NCBI GenBank assembly: GCA_049610565.1
Contig: JBMYZR010000002.1
Span: 38,536 to 102,535, forward strand
DNA length: 64,000 nucleotides
Reading direction: 5' to 3'
DNA from: Flavobacteriales bacterium
GTDB taxonomy: Bacteria > Bacteroidota > Bacteroidia > Flavobacteriales_D > Sanyastnellaceae
The notes under the pieces are model-generated. The model was not told the origin of the DNA, did not search any database, and saw nothing but the letters and a program-made list of their open reading frames with translations. The translations under genes and the position numbers were made by a program. Below are positions 39,496 through 52,801 of this stretch, in pieces. Within the stretch, counting starts at the first letter, position 1, and each line of letters begins with the position of its first letter.

Positions 39496-40896
39496 ATGCG
39501 CCTCGCCCTCCATTGGCAAGTCCTGATCGGCCTCGCGATCGGCGTCCTGTACGCCTGGATGTCCATCACCTTCGGGTGGAACGACTTCACGATCGACTAC
39601 ATCAAACCCTTCGGCGACATCTTCATCAATGTCCTGAAGCTCATTGCAGTACCCCTCGTCCTCTTCAGCATCATTTCAGGCGTATCGAGTCTGGGCGACC
39701 CGGCCAAATTGGGCCGACTGGGGGTCAAGACGGTCGTCACCTACCTGCTGACGACCATGACCGCCGTGATGGTGGGCCTGCTCCTGGTCAATTTGTTCCA
39801 GCCCGGCGCCCGCGTGTCCGATGACCTCCTCGAGTCGAACCGGATTCGCTACGAACTCTGGCGGGACGCCAACGGCATCGAGGTGCTCGATGACATCAAC
39901 CTGCTGAACGAGCCCCGACTGCAGAACAAGGTCGAGGACATCACCGGCGAACAGGTCCAGATGAACGACTGGGTCATGGACAAATTGACCAAGGCCGAAC
40001 GGACCAAGGCCAGCGGACCGCTTCAACCGCTCGTGGACGTGGTGCCCACCAACATCTTCCGCGCCCTCGCGGACATGTCCATGCTGCAGATCATCTTCTT
40101 CGCCGTGTTCTTCGGCGTCGTGCTCGTCGGCATGCCCAAGGAGACCGCCTCGCCGTTGATCCGCGCCGTGGACGCGCTGAATGAGGTGTTCGTGCAAATG
40201 GTCTGGATTGTGATGAAGGCCATGCCCCTTTTCGTCTTCGCCCTCATGGCCGGACAAATCGTGAATGCGGCCGGCAGCGATCCGGAGATGTTCCGGCAGT
40301 TGCTCGAATACCTGCTGCAATACAGCATCGTGGTGGTGATCGGCTTGGCCTTCATGGTCTTCCTCTTCTACCCGTCCCTGGTGGCCCTGATGGTGCGGAA
40401 ACTCGGCTACCGCCGGTTCATGTCCGGCATGCGGGACGCCCAGATCACGGCCTTCTCCACGTCGAGCTCCGTGGCCACCCTGCCGGTCACCATGGATTGC
40501 GTGCGCAACCGCATCGGCGTCTCGGAGCGGACCACCAGCTTCGTGCTGCCCATCGGCGCCACCGTCAACATGGACGGAACCTCTCTGTATCAAGCCGTTG
40601 CGGTCGTGTCGCTCGCCCAATTCCACATGGTCGACCTGAGCCTGGCGCAACAGGCCGTGATCGTGCTCACCGCCACGCTGGCCTCCATTGGTGCCGCGGC
40701 CGTGCCCAGCGCGGGATTGGTGCTGATGATCATCGTCCTCGAAAGCGTGGGGCTGAATCCTGCGTGGATTGCCCTGATCTTCCCGGTGGACCGCATCCTC
40801 GACATGTGCCGGACCGTGGTCAATGTGACTGGAGACGGCGCCGTGTCCACCCTGATCGCCAACAGCGAAGGCGAACTCGACGTCCCGGAAGCCTGA
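39496..40896 (+). CDS. Dicarboxylate/amino acid:cation symporter (DAACS, GltP/GltT-like)
   Basis: Polytopic. The motifs AFSTSSSVATLP, PIGATVNMDGT and NVTGD are typical of SLC1/DAACS carriers. Confidence 0.85.
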   Translation: MRLALHWQVLIGLAIGVLYAWMSITFGWNDFTIDYIKPFGDIFINVLKLIAVPLVLFSIISGVSSLGDPAKLGRLGVKTVVTYLLTTMTAVMVGLLLVNLFQPGARVSDDLLESNRIRYELWRDANGIEVLDDINLLNEPRLQNKVEDITGEQVQMNDWVMDKLTKAERTKASGPLQPLVDVVPTNIFRALADMSMLQIIFFAVFFGVVLVGMPKETASPLIRAVDALNEVFVQMVWIVMKAMPLFVFALMAGQIVNAAGSDPEMFRQLLEYLLQYSIVVVIGLAFMVFLFYPSLVALMVRKLGYRRFMSGMRDAQITAFSTSSSVATLPVTMDCVRNRIGVSERTTSFVLPIGATVNMDGTSLYQAVAVVSLAQFHMVDLSLAQQAVIVLTATLASIGAAAVPSAGLVLMIIVLESVGLNPAWIALIFPVDRILDMCRTVVNVTGDGAVSTLIANSEGELDVPEA

Positions 40897-40898
40897 CG

Positions 40899-42947
40899 AT
40901 GCGCGCCGTCCTTCGTTCATACGGGGTTGCGCTCTGTGCCCTGACCCTCTGCTCCGGCATGCTGGCGCAGGACACGGACCCCTGCGAGGCGATGCCTTCC
41001 ACCAAAGCGGCCAAGCTCATTGAGAAGGGCACCGACAAACGGAAGTACGACGCCGACAAGCGCCGGGGCTACCTGGAGGACGCCCTCGAAGAGGATGACA
41101 CGGCGCTCGAGGCCGCTTTTGCCCTCGGCCTGCTCGCCCACACCGAGGCGAGGCGACATGGAGGCAACCTGTCCGAAGCGCGGTCCCTCCTCCTGTCGGT
41201 TCACGAGGCGTGCAGCCGATACAATGAAGAAGTGCCCTACACCTTGGGGGCCATCGCTTACGCGGAGGGCCGGCACCAGGACGCCCTCGACTGGTTCGAC
41301 CGGTTCCTCCAATGGGAATCCCGAACCGGCCAACCCATTGCCCCCCGGAACCGCAAACGGATCGAGCAAGTGAACGAGGTCCTGCCGGAGCTCCAGTTTC
41401 TCCTCGAGTTCAACGCACACGCTGACGCGGCGCCTCCCCGGGTCCTGGCCGAGGTCGCCTCCCGCGATGCGGAATATCTGCCCGCCCTGTCCGCGGATGG
41501 CACCCTGCTGTTCTTCACCAGGGCCGGCGAACGCAAGGCCAAGGGCGACCTCGTCAGCAAGCCGTTTGAGGAATTCACCTGGGCCCGCCGGACTGGCCCT
41601 GCGACTCCATTCGACTCCGGGGTGCGATTGGAAGACCCGTTCAACCGCTCGGGCGGCTATGGCGGCGCCTCCATTTCCGTGGACAACCGGTCCCTGTATC
41701 TCGCCATCAAATCCCCTGCGCCAGGCAATCCGGAAAACGTGGACCTCTACAGCACCCGCTACAGCCTGATGGAGGACACCGGCGACGAACAGGTCTACCT
41801 GTGGACCGACCCCGAGCCCCTTTCCGCGCTCAACACGCCCGACGGCTGGGAGAGCCAACCCGCCATCAGCCCGGATGGCCAGACGTTGTATTTCGCCGCG
41901 ATCCGGCCGGGCACCACGCCGGACGAGCACGGCAACCCCACCATCGACGTTCTCGCCTCCCATTGGAACGGGACCCAATGGACGGAAGCGGTCGTCCTGC
42001 CGGCGCCCATCAACGGCCCCTACAGCGACAAGGCCCCCTTCCTGCATCCGGACGGCCGCACCCTCTACTTCGCCTCCAACCGGGATCCCGGCGGTGGCGG
42101 ATACGACATCTGGATGTCCAAACTTGACAGCCTGAGCTCGCCCTTCGACGCGGGCGCCTGGTCTGCGCCCGTCAACCTCGGCACCCCGCTCAACACCGAG
42201 GGGGACGAACACGGACTCGTCATTTCAGCCGATGGCGCCACCGCCTACTTCTCCAGCCGGCGACCGGGAACCCAAGGCCTCGACATCATGACCTGGTCCC
42301 TGCCGGAATCGCTGAGGCCCCGTGCCTCCGTCGTGGTCCGCGGCCAACTCGACATCAGCGACGACCTCCAAGACACCCCCATTGCGCTCGAGTTGCGGTA
42401 CGCGCAAAGCCGACGCGCACAGGCCATCGACCTCGGAGACGACGGAGCCTATGCCGCCATTGTGGACCTCGCTGCCGAGGAGGATGTGCTGCTGGTGGCC
42501 AAGGCCGATGGCGCAGCCTTCACGGCAGGACTCGTTGTCGACCGGGAAGACCCCTCACCCGCCCTCGTCAACGCCGACCTGACCATCCGGTCCGTGAGCG
42601 AGCGGGACGCCGCCTTTGAAATCGAGGACATCCACTACGCCACCGGTTCTGCGGTCATCGACCGGACGAGTCGGCTGATGCTGGACCTCTTTGCTGAATA
42701 CCTCATGGACACCGGGCTTTCCGTGGAAATCGGCGGACACACCGACGATGTCGGCCTCGACACCGACAACCTCGCGTTGAGCCAAAGGCGGGCGGATGCC
42801 GTTCGGGACCACCTGGTCTCCGCCGGCGTCCCGGATGCCGGCCTGACAGCCCGCGGTTATGGGGAGTCGCGCCCTCGGGCAGACAATAGATCCGAAGCCG
42901 GCCGGGCCAAGAACCGGCGCACGGAATTCCGCATCCTGACGGACTGA
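40899..42947 (+). CDS. OmpA-family outer-membrane/periplasmic protein with TPR-like and PD40 (TolB-like) repeats
   Basis: ATG is 2 nt after the symporter stop; the ORF-track entry 40497 is over-extended. Has a signal peptide. Repeated SADG.TLYF / SPDGQTLYFA / HPDGRTLYFASNR PD40 motifs. C-terminal OmpA_C (GHTDDVG...NLALSQRRADAV...NRRTEFRI). Confidence 0.75.
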   Translation: MRAVLRSYGVALCALTLCSGMLAQDTDPCEAMPSTKAAKLIEKGTDKRKYDADKRRGYLEDALEEDDTALEAAFALGLLAHTEARRHGGNLSEARSLLLSVHEACSRYNEEVPYTLGAIAYAEGRHQDALDWFDRFLQWESRTGQPIAPRNRKRIEQVNEVLPELQFLLEFNAHADAAPPRVLAEVASRDAEYLPALSADGTLLFFTRAGERKAKGDLVSKPFEEFTWARRTGPATPFDSGVRLEDPFNRSGGYGGASISVDNRSLYLAIKSPAPGNPENVDLYSTRYSLMEDTGDEQVYLWTDPEPLSALNTPDGWESQPAISPDGQTLYFAAIRPGTTPDEHGNPTIDVLASHWNGTQWTEAVVLPAPINGPYSDKAPFLHPDGRTLYFASNRDPGGGGYDIWMSKLDSLSSPFDAGAWSAPVNLGTPLNTEGDEHGLVISADGATAYFSSRRPGTQGLDIMTWSLPESLRPRASVVVRGQLDISDDLQDTPIALELRYAQSRRAQAIDLGDDGAYAAIVDLAAEEDVLLVAKADGAAFTAGLVVDREDPSPALVNADLTIRSVSERDAAFEIEDIHYATGSAVIDRTSRLMLDLFAEYLMDTGLSVEIGGHTDDVGLDTDNLALSQRRADAVRDHLVSAGVPDAGLTARGYGESRPRADNRSEAGRAKNRRTEFRILTD

Positions 42948-43031
42948 TCGGCGGCACCCGCCGTCCGGCGTGGATAATTCGCAAAAAGTGGCCTCGGCCA
43001 GGTGCGCAAGGGCCCGATTTTCACGTTGTCC

Positions 43032-46000
43032 ATGCGCCACCCCATGATTCCAGCACCGCGCCCCATTCCGATGGCCCTGATGCTCCTCGCCGCGAGCCTC
43101 TCCCTCCCCATCGGCGCCCAGACCACCGACCTCAACGGAGGCACCACGGTGTCCGCCACGGACCGTGAAGACCCCGGCTTGTACGACCGGGCCTTGCACC
43201 ATTTCGAGCACGCCCAATACACCGCCGCCCTCGAAGGGTTCGACCGGTTCGTGAACAGCCCGCTCCGGGGCGACCAGTCTCATGGGGACGTCGAACGCCT
43301 CCAGCGCGTCGAAGCCGAATACCGCGCTTCCTTGTGCGCCATCTACCTCTTCCACAAGGATGCCGTTTGGCGCATCGACCGCTTCATCGCCCGCCATCCC
43401 GAATCCACCTGGGTCCCGAAACTTCACTGGGAGCTGGGCAATTACCAATACCGGCGCAAGAAATGGGGCAAGGCCCTCGAAGCCTTCGACCGGCTCAACC
43501 CGCGCAACCTCGGCAAGGTCCAGCGGGTGGAATTCCATTTCAAGCGCGGTCACGCCCGGTTCGAACACGGCCAACTTGAAGCCGCCCGAGGCGACCTGCT
43601 CAAGGTCACCGGCGGATCGGATGCGCGCCCCGAGTTCCTCGAGGCCGCCCGCTATTACCTCGCCCACATCGCCTATGCCGAGGACCGGCTCACCACCGCG
43701 CTGAGCGAATTCGAGGCACTCGCCTCCGTGGACGCCTTCCGCGATGCCGTCCCCGTCTACATCGCGCAGATCCTCCACAAACTGGACCGGCATGAAGACC
43801 TGGCCGACCGGATTCCGGGATGGCTGGGGGGCGAGGCCGACCTGCGGGAAGCGGACCGCATCGAGCTCGAGCGACTTCTCGGTACCGCGCTGTTCCACCT
43901 TGGCCGCTGTCCGGAAGCCGAGGCGCACCTCGAAGCGGCGTGGAATGGCATGGACACCCGGGACAAGTCGCCGGGGTTCAGCTACATCGTCGGGTCCTGT
44001 CGCCTGAACAACGGTCATCCCCAGGAGGCCATCCTCGCCCTGATGCGCGCCACCGGCGAAGGAGACCGGCTCGAGCAATACGCCACCCACGCCATGGGCC
44101 GGGCCTATCTGGCCAACGGCGAAAAACCGAAGGCCCAGACCGCCTTTGCCCGGGCCGCCACCTTTGACCACGACCTCGAAGTCCGGGAGGACGCCCTCTT
44201 CAACCACGCCAAACTGGCCTTCGAAACGGACTTCAACCCCTTCAACGACGCCATCGCCGCCTTCGAGCAATACCTCGAGGAATACCCGGACAGCCCCCGG
44301 CGGGACGAAGCGTACGGCTTCCTCCTGGATGTCTACCTGACCACCCGCAACCACGAACGGGCCCTCGATGCGCTCGACCGCATCCAGCGGAAGTCACCGC
44401 GGGAGAAGCAAGCCTATCAAGGCCTGGCCTACAACCACGGCGTGGACCTCTACCGTTCGGGAAAGCCCGCCGAGGCCGACGCGTATTTCTCCCGGAGCCG
44501 CACCTTCCCCGAAGACAACACCCTGGCCGCCGAAAGCCACTTCTGGCAGGGAGAAATCGCGATGAAGGCCGGGCGGGACGCCGTGGCCCTGAGCCATTAC
44601 CGGGCCTTCCTCAATGCACCCGGCGCCTTTGGGTCGGAGCAGTATGACGAGGGGGAATACGGGGCGGCCTACGCCCTGTTCCGACAGCAGAAATACCGGG
44701 ATGCGCAGGTGGGCTTCCGCAAGTATGTGGATGCCACGGCCGGCTCGGAAACGGGCGGTCACCGCGCGGACGCCTTCCTCCGCATTGGAGACTGCTTCTA
44801 CATCGACAAGGACTACGACCGCGCCATCGAAGCGTACGATCGCGCGCTCGAGGCCAACACGACCCAACAGCAGTATGCCGGCTACCAGCGCGCCCGTTGC
44901 CTCGGCCTCGACGGTCAACTGGATGCTTCCGTGGCCGGAATGAACGGTCTGCTCGGCGCCTTCCCGGAAACCACCTTCAAGGGAGACGCCCTCACCGCCA
45001 TCGGCAAGGCTGAGATCGAACGGGACCGGATGGCCGCCGCCAAGGCCGCCTTCGACCGGATCCGGACCGAACTCCCCGGCAGCGCCTATGCCAAGAACGC
45101 CCTCGTCGACCTCGCCCTCATCGCCATCAAGCAGGGCCGCGAGGAGGACGCCCTCTCCCTCTGGCAGACCATTTCCACGACCTATCCGGATGACGACGTC
45201 ACCAAGGACGCCTTCCTGTTGGTGGAGCCCTTGCTGGTCGACCGCGGTCAACTCGATGCCTTGCCGGACATCGTGGGGCTGTCGGACGATGACATCGCCG
45301 AGAAGACCTTCGCCGCTGCGCAAGATTTGGCCTTGTCGGGCCAATGCGAAGCGGCCATGCCCAAGCTGCAGGCCTTCCTCGACAAGCACCCGGAGAGTGT
45401 GCGTGTGACCGCTGCCCGTTACCACCTCGGCCAATGTCAATTCGAGGCGGAGCAGTTCGACGAAGCCCTCCTCACCCTGGAATCCGTCATCGAGGGTCCG
45501 CTGAGCGATTATCACGAATCCGCCCTCGTCCTCGCGGCCACCCTGCGGTTCAACCGCGAAGAATGGACCGAAGCGCTGGGCCATTACCAACGTCTGGAAA
45601 CCGTGGCGACCCTGAAGCGCCACGTGCTCGAAGCCCGCATCGGCATCATGCGCTGCAGCCGCGAACTGGGAGATGCCGACACGGTGCTGGACTACGTCGG
45701 GCCCATCCTCGATGACCCGGAAACCCCGGACGACATCGTGCTGGCCGCCCGATACAACCGCGCCCTGCTGCTTCTCGATCGCACCCCGGAAGACGCCCGC
45801 CCGGACCTCGAATGGTTGGCGGCCGATGGGCCGCACGCCGAAGAAGCCACCCACCACCTTGTGGCCCTGACCCTCGACGCCGGCGACGCCGAAGCCTGTC
45901 AAGCGGCCGTGTTTGCCCAACTCAACCGCTTCGGTGGCGGCAGCGATTGGGCCAACCGCAGCTTCCTCCTGCTCGCCGAATCCTACATCGTCCAGGAAGA

Positions 46001-46169
46001 CTACTTCCAGGCCCGCACCACCGTCGAACAACTGCAGGCCAACATCTCCGAGCCATGGGTGCAGGACGCTTGCCTGGACCTGCTCGACCGGATTGCCCAG
46101 CTCGAAAACCCGCCGGCTCCGGTCGACACCACCGACGTGGAGATCACCCCCCAACCCGACAACGAATGA
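43032..46169 (+). CDS. Large secreted tetratricopeptide-repeat protein
   Basis: Signal peptide (MALMLLAASLSLPIGAQ), then about 1000 aa of Ala/Leu/Tyr-patterned TPR-like helical repeats. No lipobox Cys. Start is ATG 43032 (ORF-track start 43002 is a GTG). Confidence 0.65.
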   Translation: MRHPMIPAPRPIPMALMLLAASLSLPIGAQTTDLNGGTTVSATDREDPGLYDRALHHFEHAQYTAALEGFDRFVNSPLRGDQSHGDVERLQRVEAEYRASLCAIYLFHKDAVWRIDRFIARHPESTWVPKLHWELGNYQYRRKKWGKALEAFDRLNPRNLGKVQRVEFHFKRGHARFEHGQLEAARGDLLKVTGGSDARPEFLEAARYYLAHIAYAEDRLTTALSEFEALASVDAFRDAVPVYIAQILHKLDRHEDLADRIPGWLGGEADLREADRIELERLLGTALFHLGRCPEAEAHLEAAWNGMDTRDKSPGFSYIVGSCRLNNGHPQEAILALMRATGEGDRLEQYATHAMGRAYLANGEKPKAQTAFARAATFDHDLEVREDALFNHAKLAFETDFNPFNDAIAAFEQYLEEYPDSPRRDEAYGFLLDVYLTTRNHERALDALDRIQRKSPREKQAYQGLAYNHGVDLYRSGKPAEADAYFSRSRTFPEDNTLAAESHFWQGEIAMKAGRDAVALSHYRAFLNAPGAFGSEQYDEGEYGAAYALFRQQKYRDAQVGFRKYVDATAGSETGGHRADAFLRIGDCFYIDKDYDRAIEAYDRALEANTTQQQYAGYQRARCLGLDGQLDASVAGMNGLLGAFPETTFKGDALTAIGKAEIERDRMAAAKAAFDRIRTELPGSAYAKNALVDLALIAIKQGREEDALSLWQTISTTYPDDDVTKDAFLLVEPLLVDRGQLDALPDIVGLSDDDIAEKTFAAAQDLALSGQCEAAMPKLQAFLDKHPESVRVTAARYHLGQCQFEAEQFDEALLTLESVIEGPLSDYHESALVLAATLRFNREEWTEALGHYQRLETVATLKRHVLEARIGIMRCSRELGDADTVLDYVGPILDDPETPDDIVLAARYNRALLLLDRTPEDARPDLEWLAADGPHAEEATHHLVALTLDAGDAEACQAAVFAQLNRFGGGSDWANRSFLLLAESYIVQEDYFQARTTVEQLQANISEPWVQDACLDLLDRIAQLENPPAPVDTTDVEITPQPDNE

Positions 46170-48016
46170 AGCGCCATCCACACCCCTTCTGCGCGAAGGC
46201 CGTCGCCGGACTCCTCGCCATCGCCCTTCCCCTCGGTTCGGTCTGGGGACAAGACAGCCTGCAGGTCACCTTCGTCGGCGACCGGGAACTCGAAGTGCGC
46301 GATGTGGTCAAGCCCGCATCGAGCCCCACCCGTGTGGACCTCGGCATGGCGAAACCGACCATCAACTACGCCCCGATCGCCAAGTCCATCGCACCGGTCA
46401 CCCAAGTCCGGACCATCGAGCCGTTTGCCGTGCGCATGGACGCGCCGCTTCCCCGACTGTATGCCGGCTACGCCAAGGGCGGATTCGGCCTCTACACCTC
46501 CCCGTTTGCCGACATCCACTACGGGGAAACACAGAGCCGGAAAGGCAGCTGGGGTGTCAATCTGGTGCACCGAAGTTCCGCAGGGTCCACCGGTCAAGTG
46601 GACAGCCTCGGGCTCGATGAAGGATGGTCCCACAACGTTCTTCAGGGGCACTACAAGCGGTTCATCGACCGAAGCAGCCTCACCTTCGAAGGTGGCGTCC
46701 AACGGGACGCATGGGGCATTCACGGCCTGGACCTGTCGATGGTCGACCCCATCACATTTTCAGCACCTGACAGCCGACAGACCTATTCCCGTGTCTACAC
46801 CACGGCGCGCCTTCAGAACCACCAGCGGGACAGCACCAAGGTCCAACGGGACCTGCAGCTCACCACATCCAGGCTCACCCTCGGCCTCAGCCCGGTTCCG
46901 GCCAACGCAGCCATGCCCGAGATCCTGCTCAGCCCCGGTCGGGAGAACCTGGTCACGGCCACAGGCGCGTTCCAGACCTGGCGGGATGACGCACTGTTGA
47001 GCCTCAGCCTCGAAGGCCACCTCATCGGCTCCCAGATCGACGCCCAAGGCGATTCGACCGCTGCCCCCTTGACTCGCAATTCGGCCCTCGTCGGCGCCGT
47101 GCCCACCATCACCAAAGAGCGCGGCGCCTATAAGGTGCGCGTCGGCGCCGGGCTCTGGGTGGACGCTCGGGGCCGCCAGGCCTTCCACTTCTACCCGACG
47201 GCCGAGGTCCGGTTCCGCCTGCTCGATGACGTGTTCGTGCCCTACGGTGGCGTCGATGGCGGCATGCAGCGGAACGCCCTTCACGACCTCGTCCAGGAGA
47301 ACCCGTGGTTTGACGCCCGCTTCAACGCCGGGGCCGATGCACTCCGGGGCACCCTGCAGAACACCAACCGCGCGCTGGAGGTCTATGGCGGACTCCGTGG
47401 CAAATTCACCCGGGACCTGGCCTTCAACGCCCAAGCCCGCACCGTCACCTACCGGGACTTTGGGTACTGGGTCAACGAGCCGGGACTGGACAGCACCGGC
47501 CAGCGCTTCAGCTTGGCCTTCGACACCCTCACCGTCGCCAGTGTCATCGGCGAAGCGGCCTACCGGGGCCGCGGCCCCCTGGAACTGGAAGCCCGCGCCG
47601 AATTCCACACCTATGGAACGGGCACCCAACCTCATGCCTGGTACCAACCGCGCACCCGCATTTCCGGCTCCGCCCGGTGGAACCTCGACGAGCTGCTCTT
47701 TCTCGAAGCGGGCATTGACATTGTCGGCGCTCGCTACGCCCCCTCCCGGACACCCTTTGCCGCCGTTGCTGGAGATCAGGAGGACGCACAGACCGCCGGA
47801 GAATTGCTGACCGCCCCCGTGTTCGGAGGGACCGATCCGGTCTACGCGCGGAAATTGCCGGCCTACACAGCCCTGGACATCGGCGTGGAATACCGCTACA
47901 ACGCCCGGCTGGCCTTGGGTTTGGACGCATCCGGCCCGCTCGGGAAGACCCAGATTTTCAACGGGTACAACGCCCAGCGGTTCCAGGTCATGATGTGGGC
48001 GGGATATCGCTTCTGA
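46166..48016 (+). CDS. Predicted outer-membrane beta-barrel protein (unknown family)
   Basis: ATGA overlap with the TPR gene stop. Has a signal peptide (LLAIALPLGSVWGQ). Shows an alternating hydrophobic beta-strand pattern and a terminal aromatic ...MMWAGYRF. Confidence 0.45.
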   Translation: MKRHPHPFCAKAVAGLLAIALPLGSVWGQDSLQVTFVGDRELEVRDVVKPASSPTRVDLGMAKPTINYAPIAKSIAPVTQVRTIEPFAVRMDAPLPRLYAGYAKGGFGLYTSPFADIHYGETQSRKGSWGVNLVHRSSAGSTGQVDSLGLDEGWSHNVLQGHYKRFIDRSSLTFEGGVQRDAWGIHGLDLSMVDPITFSAPDSRQTYSRVYTTARLQNHQRDSTKVQRDLQLTTSRLTLGLSPVPANAAMPEILLSPGRENLVTATGAFQTWRDDALLSLSLEGHLIGSQIDAQGDSTAAPLTRNSALVGAVPTITKERGAYKVRVGAGLWVDARGRQAFHFYPTAEVRFRLLDDVFVPYGGVDGGMQRNALHDLVQENPWFDARFNAGADALRGTLQNTNRALEVYGGLRGKFTRDLAFNAQARTVTYRDFGYWVNEPGLDSTGQRFSLAFDTLTVASVIGEAAYRGRGPLELEARAEFHTYGTGTQPHAWYQPRTRISGSARWNLDELLFLEAGIDIVGARYAPSRTPFAAVAGDQEDAQTAGELLTAPVFGGTDPVYARKLPAYTALDIGVEYRYNARLALGLDASGPLGKTQIFNGYNAQRFQVMMWAGYRF

Positions 48017-48086
48017 GTCGCCGTCCACAAAACGGTGGGCAAACCGCACAAAAGTGTTGAAAACACAGGCGTTTCAGCACCCCTGA

Positions 48087-50878
<2,792 letters not shown>

Positions 50879-50893
50879 CGCCGAGCGACCGCC

Positions 50894-51685
50894 TTACACG
50901 TATTCGCGGCCGGCGACGTCGAGGACGTTGGTCGTCTTCTTGAGCGTCCGCAACACCAGGAAGACGAGGAAGGAGGCGGCCAACGCATACGCCCAGAAAT
51001 CCTGGAAAATGCAGGCGGGCGAGGCGAAGAAATCCGAGGTCATCCCCGAGGCACGGTAACCGTGCAGCATGTCCACCCAGGCGAAACTGACGAACACGGC
51101 GAAGAAACCATTGTATTCCCGCTTCAGCACGTTGCGCATCGAAAAGCCCACTTCCGGCTCCTTCCAACGGCCCAGGGCGGGCCAAAACGCCGGCACGGAA
51201 GCCGACCAGTCGAGGTAGGCCTGTCCGAATTTGCCCCGCAGGAACTGCTCCTCCGCAAACATGATGCGCTCATAGTACAGGGCATAGAGCAGGAGGAACA
51301 CCACGGCGAACCAGATGTGGCCGATGTACAGGACGATGCCGAGCCACATCAGCAGGTTGCCCAGGTACAAAGGGTGCCGACAGATGCTGTACATCCCGAG
51401 GGTGTTCAACGACTCGGCGACCTGGCCTTCCTTGGTGTTGCGGCCCGAGGTGCCCCGCGGGGTGTAGCCCACGCACAGGGCGCGGATGACCTGACCGGCC
51501 ATCGCGATGTCCAAACAGATCAGCGGCCACCACCAGGTTCGGTCGAAGCCTTCGGACATCGGCGTCCACGACACATCAGCCAACAGCACCACCGGAACGG
51601 CCCCAAAAAAGAGAAACAACGGCAGGAAGCTTCGCCACCGGAAGAGCCAGTTGCCCGACCGGTCCATTTCCTCAATCAGCGCCAT
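50894..51685 (-). CDS. Membrane methyltransferase of the isoprenylcysteine carboxyl methyltransferase (ICMT/PEMT-like) family
   Basis: Polytopic, with GMYSICRHPLYLGNLLMWLGI, typical of this family. ATG 51685 shares one nucleotide with the adaptor-gene stop (TGATG). ATG 51709 is an alternative start. Confidence 0.6.
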   Translation of the reverse strand: MALIEEMDRSGNWLFRWRSFLPLFLFFGAVPVVLLADVSWTPMSEGFDRTWWWPLICLDIAMAGQVIRALCVGYTPRGTSGRNTKEGQVAESLNTLGMYSICRHPLYLGNLLMWLGIVLYIGHIWFAVVFLLLYALYYERIMFAEEQFLRGKFGQAYLDWSASVPAFWPALGRWKEPEVGFSMRNVLKREYNGFFAVFVSFAWVDMLHGYRASGMTSDFFASPACIFQDFWAYALAASFLVFLVLRTLKKTTNVLDVAGREYV

Positions 51686-52788
51686 CAGTCGAAGATGGGC
51701 TGGTTCCAACGCTTGACCGAGTCCCCTTCGGCCACGCCGGACAGGACCTCCACCGTCAAACCATCGGAGAGACCGAGTTCCACATCGCGTCGCTCGAATT
51801 GCTGGGGCGCTACCTGCACTTCGATGAACGGGTTGGGCCCTTCATACTGCACCAGCGCCTCGCTCAGGGCGAGCACCTGCTCCCGCTTGTCCAGCACGAC
51901 ATCCGCATTGGCACTGAATCCCGCCCGGATGAAGTCGCCTTCTTCCAACGTGACCGCCGCCCGGATCTCGAATTGGACGGCTCCGTTCTGCGGAACCCCC
52001 TTGGGCGAAATGTATTCGAGAACCGCGTCGAACCGCTTGCCCGGCATCGCGCCGATGCTCAGGATCAAGGGAATGCCCACCCGGAGGTTCTCGATTTCAC
52101 TTTCGTCGATCTGACCGCGGAAAATCAGGTCCGTCATGTCCGCCACGCTGGCGATGGTGGTGCCTTCGTTGAAGGTGTTGGCCTGGATGACCTGGTTGCC
52201 CACCTCGACCGGCACATCGAGGACCATGCCGTCGACGGTGCTGGTGATCATCGTGTTGGAGGCCTCTCCCGCCCGGCTGGCTGCGCCCTCCTTGACGATG
52301 CGGAGGTTGTCCTCGGCAGCGAGCATCTCCTCCTTGGATTGCAAATAGGCCGTCTCGCTTTGCTGGAAGTCCTGCTCGGAGACCACCCCGGAAGCCAGCA
52401 GGGACTCCTGACGCTCGAAGTCACGCCGACTGTTCTCCATGGAAATGCGGCTGCGCTCCACCCGGCTCTGGGCCGCCGCGAGGGCCGCCATATCGGGCAC
52501 CACCCGCACCCGGGCGAGGACGGCACCCGCCGCGACGGTGTCACCCGCTTCAACGAACAGCTCGTCCACGATGCCGCTAATCTGCGGCTTGATGAGGATC
52601 TCCTTGCGCGGCCCGATGGTGCCGGAACTCACCGACTTCTTGATGATGTCGGCGATGCGCGGGGTCTCCACACCGAACCGGGCCTCGGGGGCCTGTTCCT
52701 TCTGGTAGAGGTCGTTCAACGTGTAAGCCGCCCCGGCGATGACCAGGAGGACGAAGAGGAGCAGGAGCGTAACGCGGCCTTTCTTCAT
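51685..52788 (-). CDS. Efflux periplasmic adaptor subunit (HlyD/MacA-like membrane fusion protein)
   Basis: N-terminal TM anchor, biotinyl/lipoyl-like hairpin (GIVDELFVEAGDTVAAGAVLARV), a coiled-coil segment and a beta-barrel domain. Confidence 0.75.
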   Translation of the reverse strand: MKKGRVTLLLLFVLLVIAGAAYTLNDLYQKEQAPEARFGVETPRIADIIKKSVSSGTIGPRKEILIKPQISGIVDELFVEAGDTVAAGAVLARVRVVPDMAALAAAQSRVERSRISMENSRRDFERQESLLASGVVSEQDFQQSETAYLQSKEEMLAAEDNLRIVKEGAASRAGEASNTMITSTVDGMVLDVPVEVGNQVIQANTFNEGTTIASVADMTDLIFRGQIDESEIENLRVGIPLILSIGAMPGKRFDAVLEYISPKGVPQNGAVQFEIRAAVTLEEGDFIRAGFSANADVVLDKREQVLALSEALVQYEGPNPFIEVQVAPQQFERRDVELGLSDGLTVEVLSGVAEGDSVKRWNQPIFD

Positions 52789-52801
52789 GGTGCAGATTCA
52801 A

